A program made the position numbers and the translations under genes. 64,000 nucleotides of DNA from a bacterium (GTDB taxonomy: Bacteria; Fidelibacterota; Marinisomatia; Marinisomatales; UBA1611), in the NCBI GenBank assembly GCA_004321745.1, contig SGYO01000009.1, forward strand, positions 3,081-67,080, written 5' to 3'. The notes beneath the pieces are model-generated. The model saw only the letters and a program-made list of their open reading frames with translations. It ran no database searches and was not told where the DNA came from. Shown piece by piece: positions 27,776 through 36,844 of the stretch; within the stretch, counting starts at the first letter, position 1; the number at the start of each line of letters is the position of its first letter.

Positions 27776-30046
27776 TTAAAAACTAAATGCTGTTTCGACC
27801 TTTGTCTGTCTAACCGGCTCTAATTCACCAGAACCATTGTCTCTATAAAATTCACTGTACTCCCAAATCAAACTAACACCTTTACTCATTTCATACCCTA
27901 CTCTGTAGCCCATAATCGTGTTCTCAGATGGGTTATCAAAATCAAAGGGATCTTTATCATTATTTCGCCTATAGAATGCATTTGCAACACTCAACTTAGG
28001 AATATTATCAGTATTAACATTAATTACAGCATTGAAACTGTTGTACTCTATCGTATCGGCAGTCATAGAGGCGTAAGAAGCATTAAAATTGATTAAGTTA
28101 AACAAATTCATATTCGCGGAACCATATACACCACTAGATGTCCAGTCGTTATCATAACCCTCAAATATTGCCATATCTTTTGTTTTAATCGAGGTTTCAT
28201 TTCCTTGCGAAGCACTAATTACTCGATTTAAATCGTACGATTGATCAAAAAATTGCGGCACATAGGATCCTTTAACGGATCTATATTCAAGAGATAGATC
28301 AAGCAACCCAAACAACTTAGATCTTACACCAGGTATTGTTGCCCCAGTACCTGATCTTTTCGGGCGATAAAATAACGTATCGGAATCAGCATTTGTTGTC
28401 ACAACTTCTGGAAATAATAAAGTGTTGATTTCTGTGTACACTGTAAGTGAAAGCATCTTATTAGTAAGTACTGGATAAGAAACATCAAATGACCATGCAG
28501 AGACCGAGGCTTTATTATCATCAATACTAAATGGTCTAGCTTTTATTTCGATATTATCATCATTTATATCTACAATATTATCTCCATCCGCATCTATGTC
28601 TACAAGTGAATCTGGCACAGACGAGCCATGACCAGGATCAGGCCAACCATCTCCATCAGTGTCATTCCAGAGCGAACTATCAGATGGAAAATCATCAAAG
28701 ACATCCGGAAAAGAGTCGCCATCTTTGTCTTTCATTGAAGAAAACATATTTGCATCTGAAATGTAATTCAAACCAATTGTAAGGGGTAAAGACTCGGATA
28801 CCTTATATTGTGCTCTTAAACCTAATATTGTACCTCCTCTAGAAAAATCTTTTACGTTTGACAAAAATAATTCACCTCCAATAGAACCAATATTGAACCC
28901 AGTATTGATACCAACTCTCCTAACAGTCGGAAATTCCATCATATTCGAATAACCTCGCATTAGACCGCCTTGACCAAGTGTCATATTTTCGATAGAGCCA
29001 TATTTTGCCCAAAATGGAGATGTTTTTTCACCATAACGTACATATAAAATCTTATCATATATAAGGTCCGGGTCATTATCAAAATCCCATTCATCTTGGC
29101 GAATATTTCCCTCATTATCCATATAAACAACAAGATCTAAACCGATGCCAATGCCTGCTACATTTATCTCTGGTCTCAGCGCCAACTGGTTATACAATGT
29201 GCCATCAATAGTTGCTGAGCCAATACCTAATCCCATACCAAATGGTTTTTTTGGAGCATCGGGCGAATCAGCTTTTGAATCAGTATTTGATTCACTATCA
29301 ACTTCACCGCTTTCATTTTCAATTCTTTCAGGCATATCTTCTTGGATAGTTTTACGATCTTCATTAATCTTGATAGCGTCATTCTTTTCTTCTAAATTCT
29401 CATTTTCATCTCTTTCTGATGGCTTTTTATTTTCCTCTAAATTCTGCTCAAGTTCAGGATCTTTTGGATATTCATTTGGACCTGCAGGTGCTTGCATCAA
29501 GCTACCAGATGAGCCGCTCAAAGCCTTTTGGCCAGGACCCACACTAACTGTCTGACCACTCACTGAGTTAAAAACATCAAACAGTCCCTCTTTTCCGATG
29601 AACTGGTCAACACCTGAAGGGTTAATCATCGCAGCAAATTCAGTACCTTTTACACTAGCAACACTAACAGGTGAAACAACTCTAAAAGTTTTAGTTCTAT
29701 TTTCTTTTTCTATCTTATTTAAAATAGTTCCAAACTCAATGTTAACAGACCTTGTGTTCTTTGTATCCATAATTTCAAATTGTGAGTTTGGCTTAATTTT
29801 TACAACCGACCTATCATCAATAAATATCAATGCAGCATATCCATAATCTCCTACCTTAATAGCATCGCCATTATTGATACTTCCTCCTACCTGCGCAATT
29901 TCATTATAGGTTTGCATTCCTAATCTTTTTATCTTGACGACACCTTCAGCTTTAATCAATCTTGCGACAGATTCAGCTGGGCTGATATTGAAAACAAATA
30001 ATGATACAAAATTAATTTTGAAAATAAATGAAATGAAATACCGCAT
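27776..30046 (-). CDS. FecR-domain protein with acidic linker, thrombospondin-type-3 (Ca-binding) repeats and predicted outer-membrane beta-barrel-like C-terminal region
   Basis: 756 aa with a signal peptide. FecR-like segment GVVKIKRLG......GGSINNGDAIKVGDYGYAALIFIDDRSVVKIKPNSQFEI. A Glu/Asp/Lys linker. D-x-D-x-D-G repeats (WNDTDGDGWPDP, DIDADGDNIVDINDDN). Alternating beta-strand-like sequence ends in an aromatic residue (VETAFSF), as in OMP beta-signals. Confidence 0.65.
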   Translation of the reverse strand: MRYFISFIFKINFVSLFVFNISPAESVARLIKAEGVVKIKRLGMQTYNEIAQVGGSINNGDAIKVGDYGYAALIFIDDRSVVKIKPNSQFEIMDTKNTRSVNIEFGTILNKIEKENRTKTFRVVSPVSVASVKGTEFAAMINPSGVDQFIGKEGLFDVFNSVSGQTVSVGPGQKALSGSSGSLMQAPAGPNEYPKDPELEQNLEENKKPSERDENENLEEKNDAIKINEDRKTIQEDMPERIENESGEVDSESNTDSKADSPDAPKKPFGMGLGIGSATIDGTLYNQLALRPEINVAGIGIGLDLVVYMDNEGNIRQDEWDFDNDPDLIYDKILYVRYGEKTSPFWAKYGSIENMTLGQGGLMRGYSNMMEFPTVRRVGINTGFNIGSIGGELFLSNVKDFSRGGTILGLRAQYKVSESLPLTIGLNYISDANMFSSMKDKDGDSFPDVFDDFPSDSSLWNDTDGDGWPDPGHGSSVPDSLVDIDADGDNIVDINDDNIEIKARPFSIDDNKASVSAWSFDVSYPVLTNKMLSLTVYTEINTLLFPEVVTTNADSDTLFYRPKRSGTGATIPGVRSKLFGLLDLSLEYRSVKGSYVPQFFDQSYDLNRVISASQGNETSIKTKDMAIFEGYDNDWTSSGVYGSANMNLFNLINFNASYASMTADTIEYNSFNAVINVNTDNIPKLSVANAFYRRNNDKDPFDFDNPSENTIMGYRVGYEMSKGVSLIWEYSEFYRDNGSGELEPVRQTKVETAFSF

Positions 30047-30149
30047 TTTTATCCTTTAAATCTTAATTGAAAAATTAAATATCTATTTATTTTTATACAA
30101 GACTGTATGTTGGCAGTAAGATAAGATCAATGATAATTTTAAAATTGAG

Positions 30150-31838
30150 CTATTTCCAATATTTGTTTTTACTTGTTTGTCCTATCCCTGGGTTAAAACC
30201 ATTTGTTGGATCAAGATCTTTGTAAAAATCAGTTAATGATGGTTTTGCTAAATATTCGTGCCCAACATTATGTTCCGCAGGATACTCTGCCCCAATATCA
30301 TCATATATTTTCAGCAATCTTTTCTTCAAGGCATCTGCATCTACCCCTTTTTTGACAATATAATTATGATGAAGCACGTGACAAAAAAGATGCCCATAGT
30401 ATAGTTTCATTTCTAACTGATTCTCAATTTCTTGCGGAAGATTTTCGAACCAGTTCTTCTCATTTCTTGGAAATGCAATATCTAATGAAATCATTTCGCC
30501 TAAATTATTTTCATTTAGAGCATGAAATCTACCAACCGCACTAGCAGCTACAAACCTGTGAAGCAATGCTTTATCAGCCTCCTTTTTATTACATTCAAAA
30601 AAAGAACCTTCATTATCTTCAAAATAAGAAATTAAATAATTTTTAATCTCATCTATACCCTCATCTGACATCTCAATGATCCAATGATGCTCATATTTTT
30701 CATGGAATTTTTCCATCCGAATCGGTAAATGATTAGGCCAAAACAAGCTTAAAAATTGCATTAGTTTATCCGAGAACTTGCTCGGTAGAAATCTGAATTT
30801 TCCAGTTATAAGATCTACCCTGCGCTTAAATTCAAATAATTTAGGAATGAAACTTGGACCTAATTTTTCTATGGCAATAAATGTATCTTTGCTATACTGC
30901 TTTGCAGCTTCATAACAATCTCTATGAACATATTCACCAGATTCAGGAAGGTTTTTAAAATTAGAAAGGATGTCCCTTCTAATTTTAGAAAAATTTTCAG
31001 GGTTATTGCTCCCAAGATAAAAAACGGAACTTTTAGTAGGTTTTAAGTAAGTATCTAGTCTCACAGCAAAAACTGCTATTTTACCGGCGCAGCCGGAAGC
31101 TGAGTACAATCTTCTCTTATCCGCATTATATCTAGCAGGTGTTCCTGCATCTACATCTCTTATTCTGCTTTTGTATTCATTATCAGATGCGAGTTTTTTA
31201 GGAAATTGAATTTGGTCCTGGTTATAATTTTTTGATTGCAAATTGTTTAAGATTTCTTTCTCAGAATTCCCGAGATCCACCCCTAAATCATTAACTAGTT
31301 CAAGCTTTCCATCTAAATTGATTTTAGCATAAAGGGACAATTCTGTATACGCAGGGCCTCTTTTTACTAAAGCTCCTCCAGAATTATTACAAACACCACC
31401 AACAATAGATGCGCCAATACAAGAACTTCCAATAACAGAATGTGGCTCCCTTCCATATTTATCTAGTTCATTTTCCAATCCAAATAACGTACTTCCTGCT
31501 AGGCCTATAATCTGTTTACCTTCATTAATGATATGAATATGATTTACTCTCATTGTATTAATGATCACGATTGGTCTATCATAATCATCCCCAAAAGGCG
31601 TTGATCCTCCTGTCAACCCAGTATTTGCAGCTTGCATTATTACAATAACATTTTCCTCAACGCACAATTTGAGAACATTCCAAATTTGAAATAAAGTTCC
31701 AGGCTTAACAACTGCCAATGCCTCACCCTCACCATATCTCCACCCTTTACTAAAAGTATGTTTTTCCCATTTAGCCGTAAGTACATATTTGGATCCCAAG
31801 CTGGTTTTTAAACTTTTTATGAAATTATCTTTTTTCAA
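30150..31838 (-). CDS. dld: FAD-dependent (quinone-linked) D-lactate dehydrogenase, Dld type
   Basis: 562 aa. GEALAVVKPGTLFQIWNVLKLCVEENVIVIMQAANTGLTGGSTP aligns by eye with the E. coli Dld N-terminal FAD-binding region. Length and C-terminal membrane-association region are consistent. Confidence 0.87.
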   Translation of the reverse strand: MKKDNFIKSLKTSLGSKYVLTAKWEKHTFSKGWRYGEGEALAVVKPGTLFQIWNVLKLCVEENVIVIMQAANTGLTGGSTPFGDDYDRPIVIINTMRVNHIHIINEGKQIIGLAGSTLFGLENELDKYGREPHSVIGSSCIGASIVGGVCNNSGGALVKRGPAYTELSLYAKINLDGKLELVNDLGVDLGNSEKEILNNLQSKNYNQDQIQFPKKLASDNEYKSRIRDVDAGTPARYNADKRRLYSASGCAGKIAVFAVRLDTYLKPTKSSVFYLGSNNPENFSKIRRDILSNFKNLPESGEYVHRDCYEAAKQYSKDTFIAIEKLGPSFIPKLFEFKRRVDLITGKFRFLPSKFSDKLMQFLSLFWPNHLPIRMEKFHEKYEHHWIIEMSDEGIDEIKNYLISYFEDNEGSFFECNKKEADKALLHRFVAASAVGRFHALNENNLGEMISLDIAFPRNEKNWFENLPQEIENQLEMKLYYGHLFCHVLHHNYIVKKGVDADALKKRLLKIYDDIGAEYPAEHNVGHEYLAKPSLTDFYKDLDPTNGFNPGIGQTSKNKYWK

Positions 31839-31911
31839 TTTTATTTTAATATCTATTTAATCTGTTTCAATAATTATTCTATGCTATGTATTTTCATTTA
31901 AAAGTACAAAC

Positions 31912-31960
31912 TTTTAAGAATGTAAGATTCTTAAAAATACTTTCCATTTACTTAAATGGA
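31912..31960. promoter_or_regulatory. Two adjacent perfect inverted repeats in the dld / giant-protein divergent intergenic region (candidate operator sites)
   Basis: IR1 is TTTTAAGAAT-gtaag-ATTCTTAAAA (31912..31936). IR2 is TCCATTTA-ct-TAAATGGA (31943..31960). Confidence 0.3.
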
Positions 31961-32085
31961 TGAAATAGAATTCAATTATTATATTACACTCATTACATTG
32001 TAGGTTTATTGAGTTATATGTAATTTGAATATAATCTCAATTAATTATTGGTATTTTTTTTGGCAATATTTACAAATCTAATATA

Positions 32086-35000
32086 ATGAACCCTAAAATA
32101 TTCTATCGCATTTTATTAATCACAATCTGCGTTTTTTCTTATGCTACATCTGCTGATAAGGTTTTCATAGAGGGCTCTGTTCTAAGCTCCGATGACAAAC
32201 CAGTGAAAAAGGCTGAAGTTCAATTATTGGATGCTAAGAAAAAGAAAATTTTAAGTATTAAGACTGATAAAAATGGATATTTTAAAATTGACGAATTTGA
32301 TGCTCAAAATTGTTATTTACAGATAGATAAGAAAAAAGAATCAGCTACAGTAAGCATTCGTTCATGGCCTTCTGAAAATAAAAACCTAACTGGCCTTAAT
32401 ATCAAACTATCTAAAAAAGGAGAAAGAATAAAAAAATCTTTCGGTCCAAATCCTGAAATAAAAGATGGTGGTGCTAACATGGCAGAAGGCGGACCGCCGA
32501 GCCAGCTAACAAAAAAGCAAGTCAAAAAGAAAAAAATACCAAAGAAACAAGAAAAAGTATTTGTGAGTGGTAAGGTTATTAATAAAAAGGGAAAGCCCGT
32601 CAAAAAAGCTACAGTTATTGTAATAGATCAAAATTATAATTCAGTAGCTGAATTAGAAACAGATAAGGAAGGTCTTTTTACCATTGAGAATCTAAAGCCA
32701 GCCGATTATAACCTTACAATATCAAAGAGAAAAATGCTTGTAAAGTTCAAACTAAAATCTTGGCCAAAAAATAATCAAAACATTAAAGACATTGGCGTTA
32801 CATTAACTAAAGAAAAACAACAAGTAAATACTCTTACTTTTGGGCCAGAGCCTCCACAAGCAAACGCTGGCATTGATCAAGAAATGGCCTATGAAAAAAG
32901 TGTTTTCGTTGATGGGTCTGAAAGCTACAACCCCAATAATATCATTGAATCATATGAGTGGAAAACTTTATCAGAAAATCTTACTATTGATAATCCAGCT
33001 GATCCTAGCTTCACTTTCTTATCCCCTGCAGTTGATAAAAATTTCATTTTTGAATTAACAGTAAGAGGCCCTGGCAATATCATTGATAAAGATACAGTAA
33101 ATGTTAAAGTCTATAATAAAAATATTTTCCCCATTGCTATTGCAGGAGAAGATCAAATTCTTGATATAGGTGATCCAATAATACTAGACGGTTCAAAAAG
33201 TAATGACCCTGACGGTCAGATAAAATCTTTCCAATGGCGTCAGCTTATTGGAGAAAAAACTACTTCAAAAAGCAGAAAGCAAGCGGTTATAAACTTAAAA
33301 ACAACTTCATTGTTTGTTGATACACTTTCATTTGAGCTCAAAGTAGAAGATAAATATAATTTCGATCTAGATACAATTAATGTCTATGTGATGGACATTC
33401 CGGAACCATTAGTGGTCATAACAAGTAGCTCTAGTACTCAGGAAAATATCGGAGCTGCAAAAATTTCTTTGGGCGTATCTGCAAAGTCAGGGAAAAAAAC
33501 CTCTATTTATGCATTTACTAGAGATAGCACAGCACTGGGAAATGGTAAAGATTATACAAACATTAATGAGGCAATTTTTGTTCCAGCTGGAAAATCAAGA
33601 ATTACATTTCCATTAAATATCAATGACGACAATATTGACGAATTTGATGAACAGATTATTATAGACCTCATTGACTCTACGGTTACCAATGCAAATACAG
33701 GTTCCGCTAGGAAACATGTTTTAACAATAATTGATAATGACCCTCCTCCAGATGTTGAATTTATCACATCAAACACATCTGTTTCTGAAGCTAATGGCAA
33801 ACATATCGTCATTTTAAATCTTAGCAACCAGAGCGGAAAAGAGGTATATGTAGATTATCAAATAGAAATAAGCAGTTCTGCGGTTAATGGAGAAGATTAT
33901 ACTTTCCAAAATGGTACTTCTTTTTTTCCAGCAGGAAAAACTAGGGATACGTTAGATATAACACTAATTAATGACACCATTGATGAACCATCTCAAACAT
34001 TAATACTTTCACTATTAAATCCTAAAAATAGCACTATTGGGATGAGGAAATCACACACTATAAAAATAAATGATGATGATAACCCTCCTTTTATCTTTGT
34101 TGTATATGAAAAAGGAAGTGGGCTCGAGTCTGATAGCTCTAGAACAATAAATTACTCATTATCGACACACTCAGAAAAAGAAATTTCTGTACGATACCGA
34201 GTTAGTTCCTACGGTACAACATCGAAAAGAAATAAAGATTATACCCTAGAGGATGGTGTAATGGTTTTCCCTCCAGGTCCGCCAGGATCCTCATCCATCA
34301 ATTTTAAAGTAATTGACGATCAAATCGATGAGTTTGATGAACTTCTAATTATTAATCTTATTGGCGAACCTAGCAATGCTACACTTGGATCATCTACCAG
34401 GTACACCTACACAATTATCGATAATGATGACCGCCCTACAATTGAATTTAACGGAGATGATCACGGTAATGATTTTATATCTGCAACAAAAATAAAAGTT
34501 GGTAGTTCTTCTTCAGGGATTATTGAACTAGGTGGTGATGTAGATCTATTTCGATTTGATCTAAAATATCCTATTACTGTACTAACAAAATCATTTGGGG
34601 AAACAGATGTCTATGCTGAGATACTAGATAACGCAGGCCAACTGATTGCCACAGACGATAATGGAAGAGATAGCAATAATTTTATGATAAAAACTCCTCT
34701 TCTCCCTGGCCCGCATTATTTAAGGATTAAACATTACTCAACTGAGGGTACAGGTGACTATGTAATGACCCTAGAATCGTCAGAGCTATATGATAAGCAA
34801 GCAGATGATCTAATTTTAAATAAAACTAAATCGTATTTTAAAATTGGCCACATAATTTATGAAGCAATGGTTTATAATGATAAATCGTATGATCTTGAAA
34901 GAATACAAATAAACTCAACTAAATTTGAACTTGATTCAAAAAGATTTATCACGATCACTGTAAATGATTCTACAATTATAAACCCCTCTACTTGTTATGT

Positions 35001-35505
35001 ACCTAGTTATGGACAATATGAAAATCTTGGTATCATACAGAAAAATTATATTTCAAACCCTTTAAACGTTAGCGATTTGCCTAGATATTTACCGAATGAG
35101 AAATTAGAAAATTCGCTCATTTTTGGAATAGTAAGAGATTATCAAACAAGGAAACCAATTTTTGGTGCGGAAGTACGAATCTATGGAGCACAAACTCCTG
35201 CAAATGGTGCCAGCCAAACCAGGTTGATTAACCTAAAGGATGGAGAGACATGGTATGGTGGAAATAGATTACCCACAAAAAAACCGCAATACAAATCTCC
35301 TGTAATTAACAAATATCCTGAAGTAAAAGGTCGTAGAGTAACAGGTTTAGATGGAAAGTTTGCTATAGCTGTTCAAGATACAGGCTTTTTAATGATTAGA
35401 GCAAACGCACCAACAAATAATTATCGAATTCAAGAGAAAAAAATAAGAATTCGTTACGAGAGAGGAGATTTTTACGCTACTGATATATGGTTAATTCCAA
35501 AATAA
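32086..35505 (+). CDS. Giant secreted/cell-surface multidomain protein: 2x CarboxypepD_reg-like, 2x PKD/REJ-like, 3x Calx-beta, PPC (pre-peptidase C-terminal) domain, C-terminal CarboxypepD_reg-like
   Basis: 1139 aa with a signal peptide. Tandem N-terminal duplication (KVFIEGSVLSSDDKPVKKAEVQLLD...SWPSENKNL vs KVFVSGKVINKKGKPVKKATVIVID...SWPKNNQNI). ANAGIDQ / AIAGEDQ...LDGSKSNDPDGQIKSFQW PKD-like units. Three Calx-beta units ending IIDNDPPP, INDDDNPP and IIDNDDRP, with DDxIDEFDE motifs. PPC-like DDHGNDF..AT.I...SSSGIIELGGDVDLFRFDL. Confidence 0.8.
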   Translation: MNPKIFYRILLITICVFSYATSADKVFIEGSVLSSDDKPVKKAEVQLLDAKKKKILSIKTDKNGYFKIDEFDAQNCYLQIDKKKESATVSIRSWPSENKNLTGLNIKLSKKGERIKKSFGPNPEIKDGGANMAEGGPPSQLTKKQVKKKKIPKKQEKVFVSGKVINKKGKPVKKATVIVIDQNYNSVAELETDKEGLFTIENLKPADYNLTISKRKMLVKFKLKSWPKNNQNIKDIGVTLTKEKQQVNTLTFGPEPPQANAGIDQEMAYEKSVFVDGSESYNPNNIIESYEWKTLSENLTIDNPADPSFTFLSPAVDKNFIFELTVRGPGNIIDKDTVNVKVYNKNIFPIAIAGEDQILDIGDPIILDGSKSNDPDGQIKSFQWRQLIGEKTTSKSRKQAVINLKTTSLFVDTLSFELKVEDKYNFDLDTINVYVMDIPEPLVVITSSSSTQENIGAAKISLGVSAKSGKKTSIYAFTRDSTALGNGKDYTNINEAIFVPAGKSRITFPLNINDDNIDEFDEQIIIDLIDSTVTNANTGSARKHVLTIIDNDPPPDVEFITSNTSVSEANGKHIVILNLSNQSGKEVYVDYQIEISSSAVNGEDYTFQNGTSFFPAGKTRDTLDITLINDTIDEPSQTLILSLLNPKNSTIGMRKSHTIKINDDDNPPFIFVVYEKGSGLESDSSRTINYSLSTHSEKEISVRYRVSSYGTTSKRNKDYTLEDGVMVFPPGPPGSSSINFKVIDDQIDEFDELLIINLIGEPSNATLGSSTRYTYTIIDNDDRPTIEFNGDDHGNDFISATKIKVGSSSSGIIELGGDVDLFRFDLKYPITVLTKSFGETDVYAEILDNAGQLIATDDNGRDSNNFMIKTPLLPGPHYLRIKHYSTEGTGDYVMTLESSELYDKQADDLILNKTKSYFKIGHIIYEAMVYNDKSYDLERIQINSTKFELDSKRFITITVNDSTIINPSTCYVPSYGQYENLGIIQKNYISNPLNVSDLPRYLPNEKLENSLIFGIVRDYQTRKPIFGAEVRIYGAQTPANGASQTRLINLKDGETWYGGNRLPTKKPQYKSPVINKYPEVKGRRVTGLDGKFAIAVQDTGFLMIRANAPTNNYRIQEKKIRIRYERGDFYATDIWLIPK

Positions 35506-36089
35506 ACTTCTTACTATTTTTCACTCTATCAATATTTTCTACAATTAAGGGACAAAAAATGAATAAAACAGAAATAGCTACTGTTGGGGGCGGGTGTTTT
35601 TGGTGTATTGAGGCTGTTTACCAGCGAATCGATGGCATTAAATCTGTCACCCCTGGTTATGCTGGAGGCAAATCAAAAACTACCACATACAAAGAAGTAT
35701 GTACAGGCACAACTGATCATGCAGAGGTGGCTAAAATTGAATTTGATATAAATGTTATTACTTATGAGCAGATATTAAATGTATTTTGGCAAGCACATGA
35801 TCCAACGACATTAAACAGGCAAGGCAATGACATAGGTACACAGTATAGATCTGTAATTTATTATCATAATGAAAAACAAAAAGAAATTGCAATAAACTCA
35901 AAAAAAGAAGCAAATAAGTCTGGTTACTGGGATGATAAGATCGTTACAGAAATTTCCGAAATATATAATTATTCTGATGCTGAAGACTATCATAATGACT
36001 ATTACCAGAATAACCCTAATCAGCCCTATTGTATATTTGTTATCAAGCCTAAACTGGACAAATTGATTAAGAAAGGGGTTATTAAGTGA
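35487..36089 (+). CDS. msrA: Peptide-methionine (S)-S-oxide reductase MsrA, probably exported
   Basis: 200 aa. Catalytic GGGCFWCIEAVYQ and DPTTLNRQGND.GTQYRS. The first 24 codons (MVNSKINFLLFFTLSIFSTIKGQK) look like a signal peptide and overlap the upstream gene by 19 nt. The alternative start at ATG 35559 would give a cytoplasmic form. Confidence 0.9.
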   Translation: MVNSKINFLLFFTLSIFSTIKGQKMNKTEIATVGGGCFWCIEAVYQRIDGIKSVTPGYAGGKSKTTTYKEVCTGTTDHAEVAKIEFDINVITYEQILNVFWQAHDPTTLNRQGNDIGTQYRSVIYYHNEKQKEIAINSKKEANKSGYWDDKIVTEISEIYNYSDAEDYHNDYYQNNPNQPYCIFVIKPKLDKLIKKGVIK

Positions 36090-36838
36090 AAAAACAATTT
36101 TTACTTTTCATTTTAATGTTTTTTATTTCAGCTTCTATTCAATTCTCAGCATGCGAAGAATCCGAAAATAAAAGTTCAAATTGCGATACAGATATAAATG
36201 TCAATCAACCTGAAAACCAATATCGTGTAAATGCTCAGGTTTTCGGAGGTATTGAAGGATGTGGTATTGTAACAGTTGAAAAGGATGGTGAAATAATAAC
36301 AAATGCAGTTGTAAAACTCAATGGTGCAGAGCTAGCCTTTGATGAAACTATGGGGTATGCATCATTTCTATCAAATTCATCAGGAGATGAAATTGAATTA
36401 GAGGTAACTCATGAAGGTTCAATTATCGGTTCAGGAAAAGTTTGCCTTCCTAGCTTTCCTGGTATCTCTAATATTGACTCAGGCGATGTTCATCAAAGAA
36501 ATACAGATCTAACTATTAATTGGTCAGCAGTCTCAAATGCAACGGCGATTGATGTTACAATTGACGAAGATATAACATATGGACAATATAGTTCTGGATT
36601 GCTTTTACCAACGACTACTTCTCATACCGTACCGTCGTCATTCTTTAACTTATCTTCAGATTGGAGCGATACTGCTGAATGCATTATTAATGTTACAGCA
36701 TATTATGGGGTTAGTTCTGAGGCAAATTATGAGGACTTAGATTCTACTGATTTGGGCTATAATATAAATGGCTCTGCTGGATTTTTTATAGGAATAAACG
36801 GAGATGAAACTACCATATATGTTCCAATAAGTGATTAG
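36086..36838 (+). CDS. Hypothetical lipoprotein
   Basis: 250 aa. GTG start overlaps the msrA stop (GTGA). Signal plus lipobox-like IQFSAC. Thr/Ser/Asn-rich beta-type sequence with no recognisable family. Confidence 0.55.
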   Translation: MKKQFLLFILMFFISASIQFSACEESENKSSNCDTDINVNQPENQYRVNAQVFGGIEGCGIVTVEKDGEIITNAVVKLNGAELAFDETMGYASFLSNSSGDEIELEVTHEGSIIGSGKVCLPSFPGISNIDSGDVHQRNTDLTINWSAVSNATAIDVTIDEDITYGQYSSGLLLPTTTSHTVPSSFFNLSSDWSDTAECIINVTAYYGVSSEANYEDLDSTDLGYNINGSAGFFIGINGDETTIYVPISD

Positions 36839-36844
36839 GAAAGA

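Noticed and set aside
35487-35558. Treating the first 24 codons of msrA as a spurious extension
   Set aside because: Not rejected outright. The segment has signal-peptide character (hydrophobic core, then small residues), so I retained the long form and flagged ATG 35559 as the alternative start.
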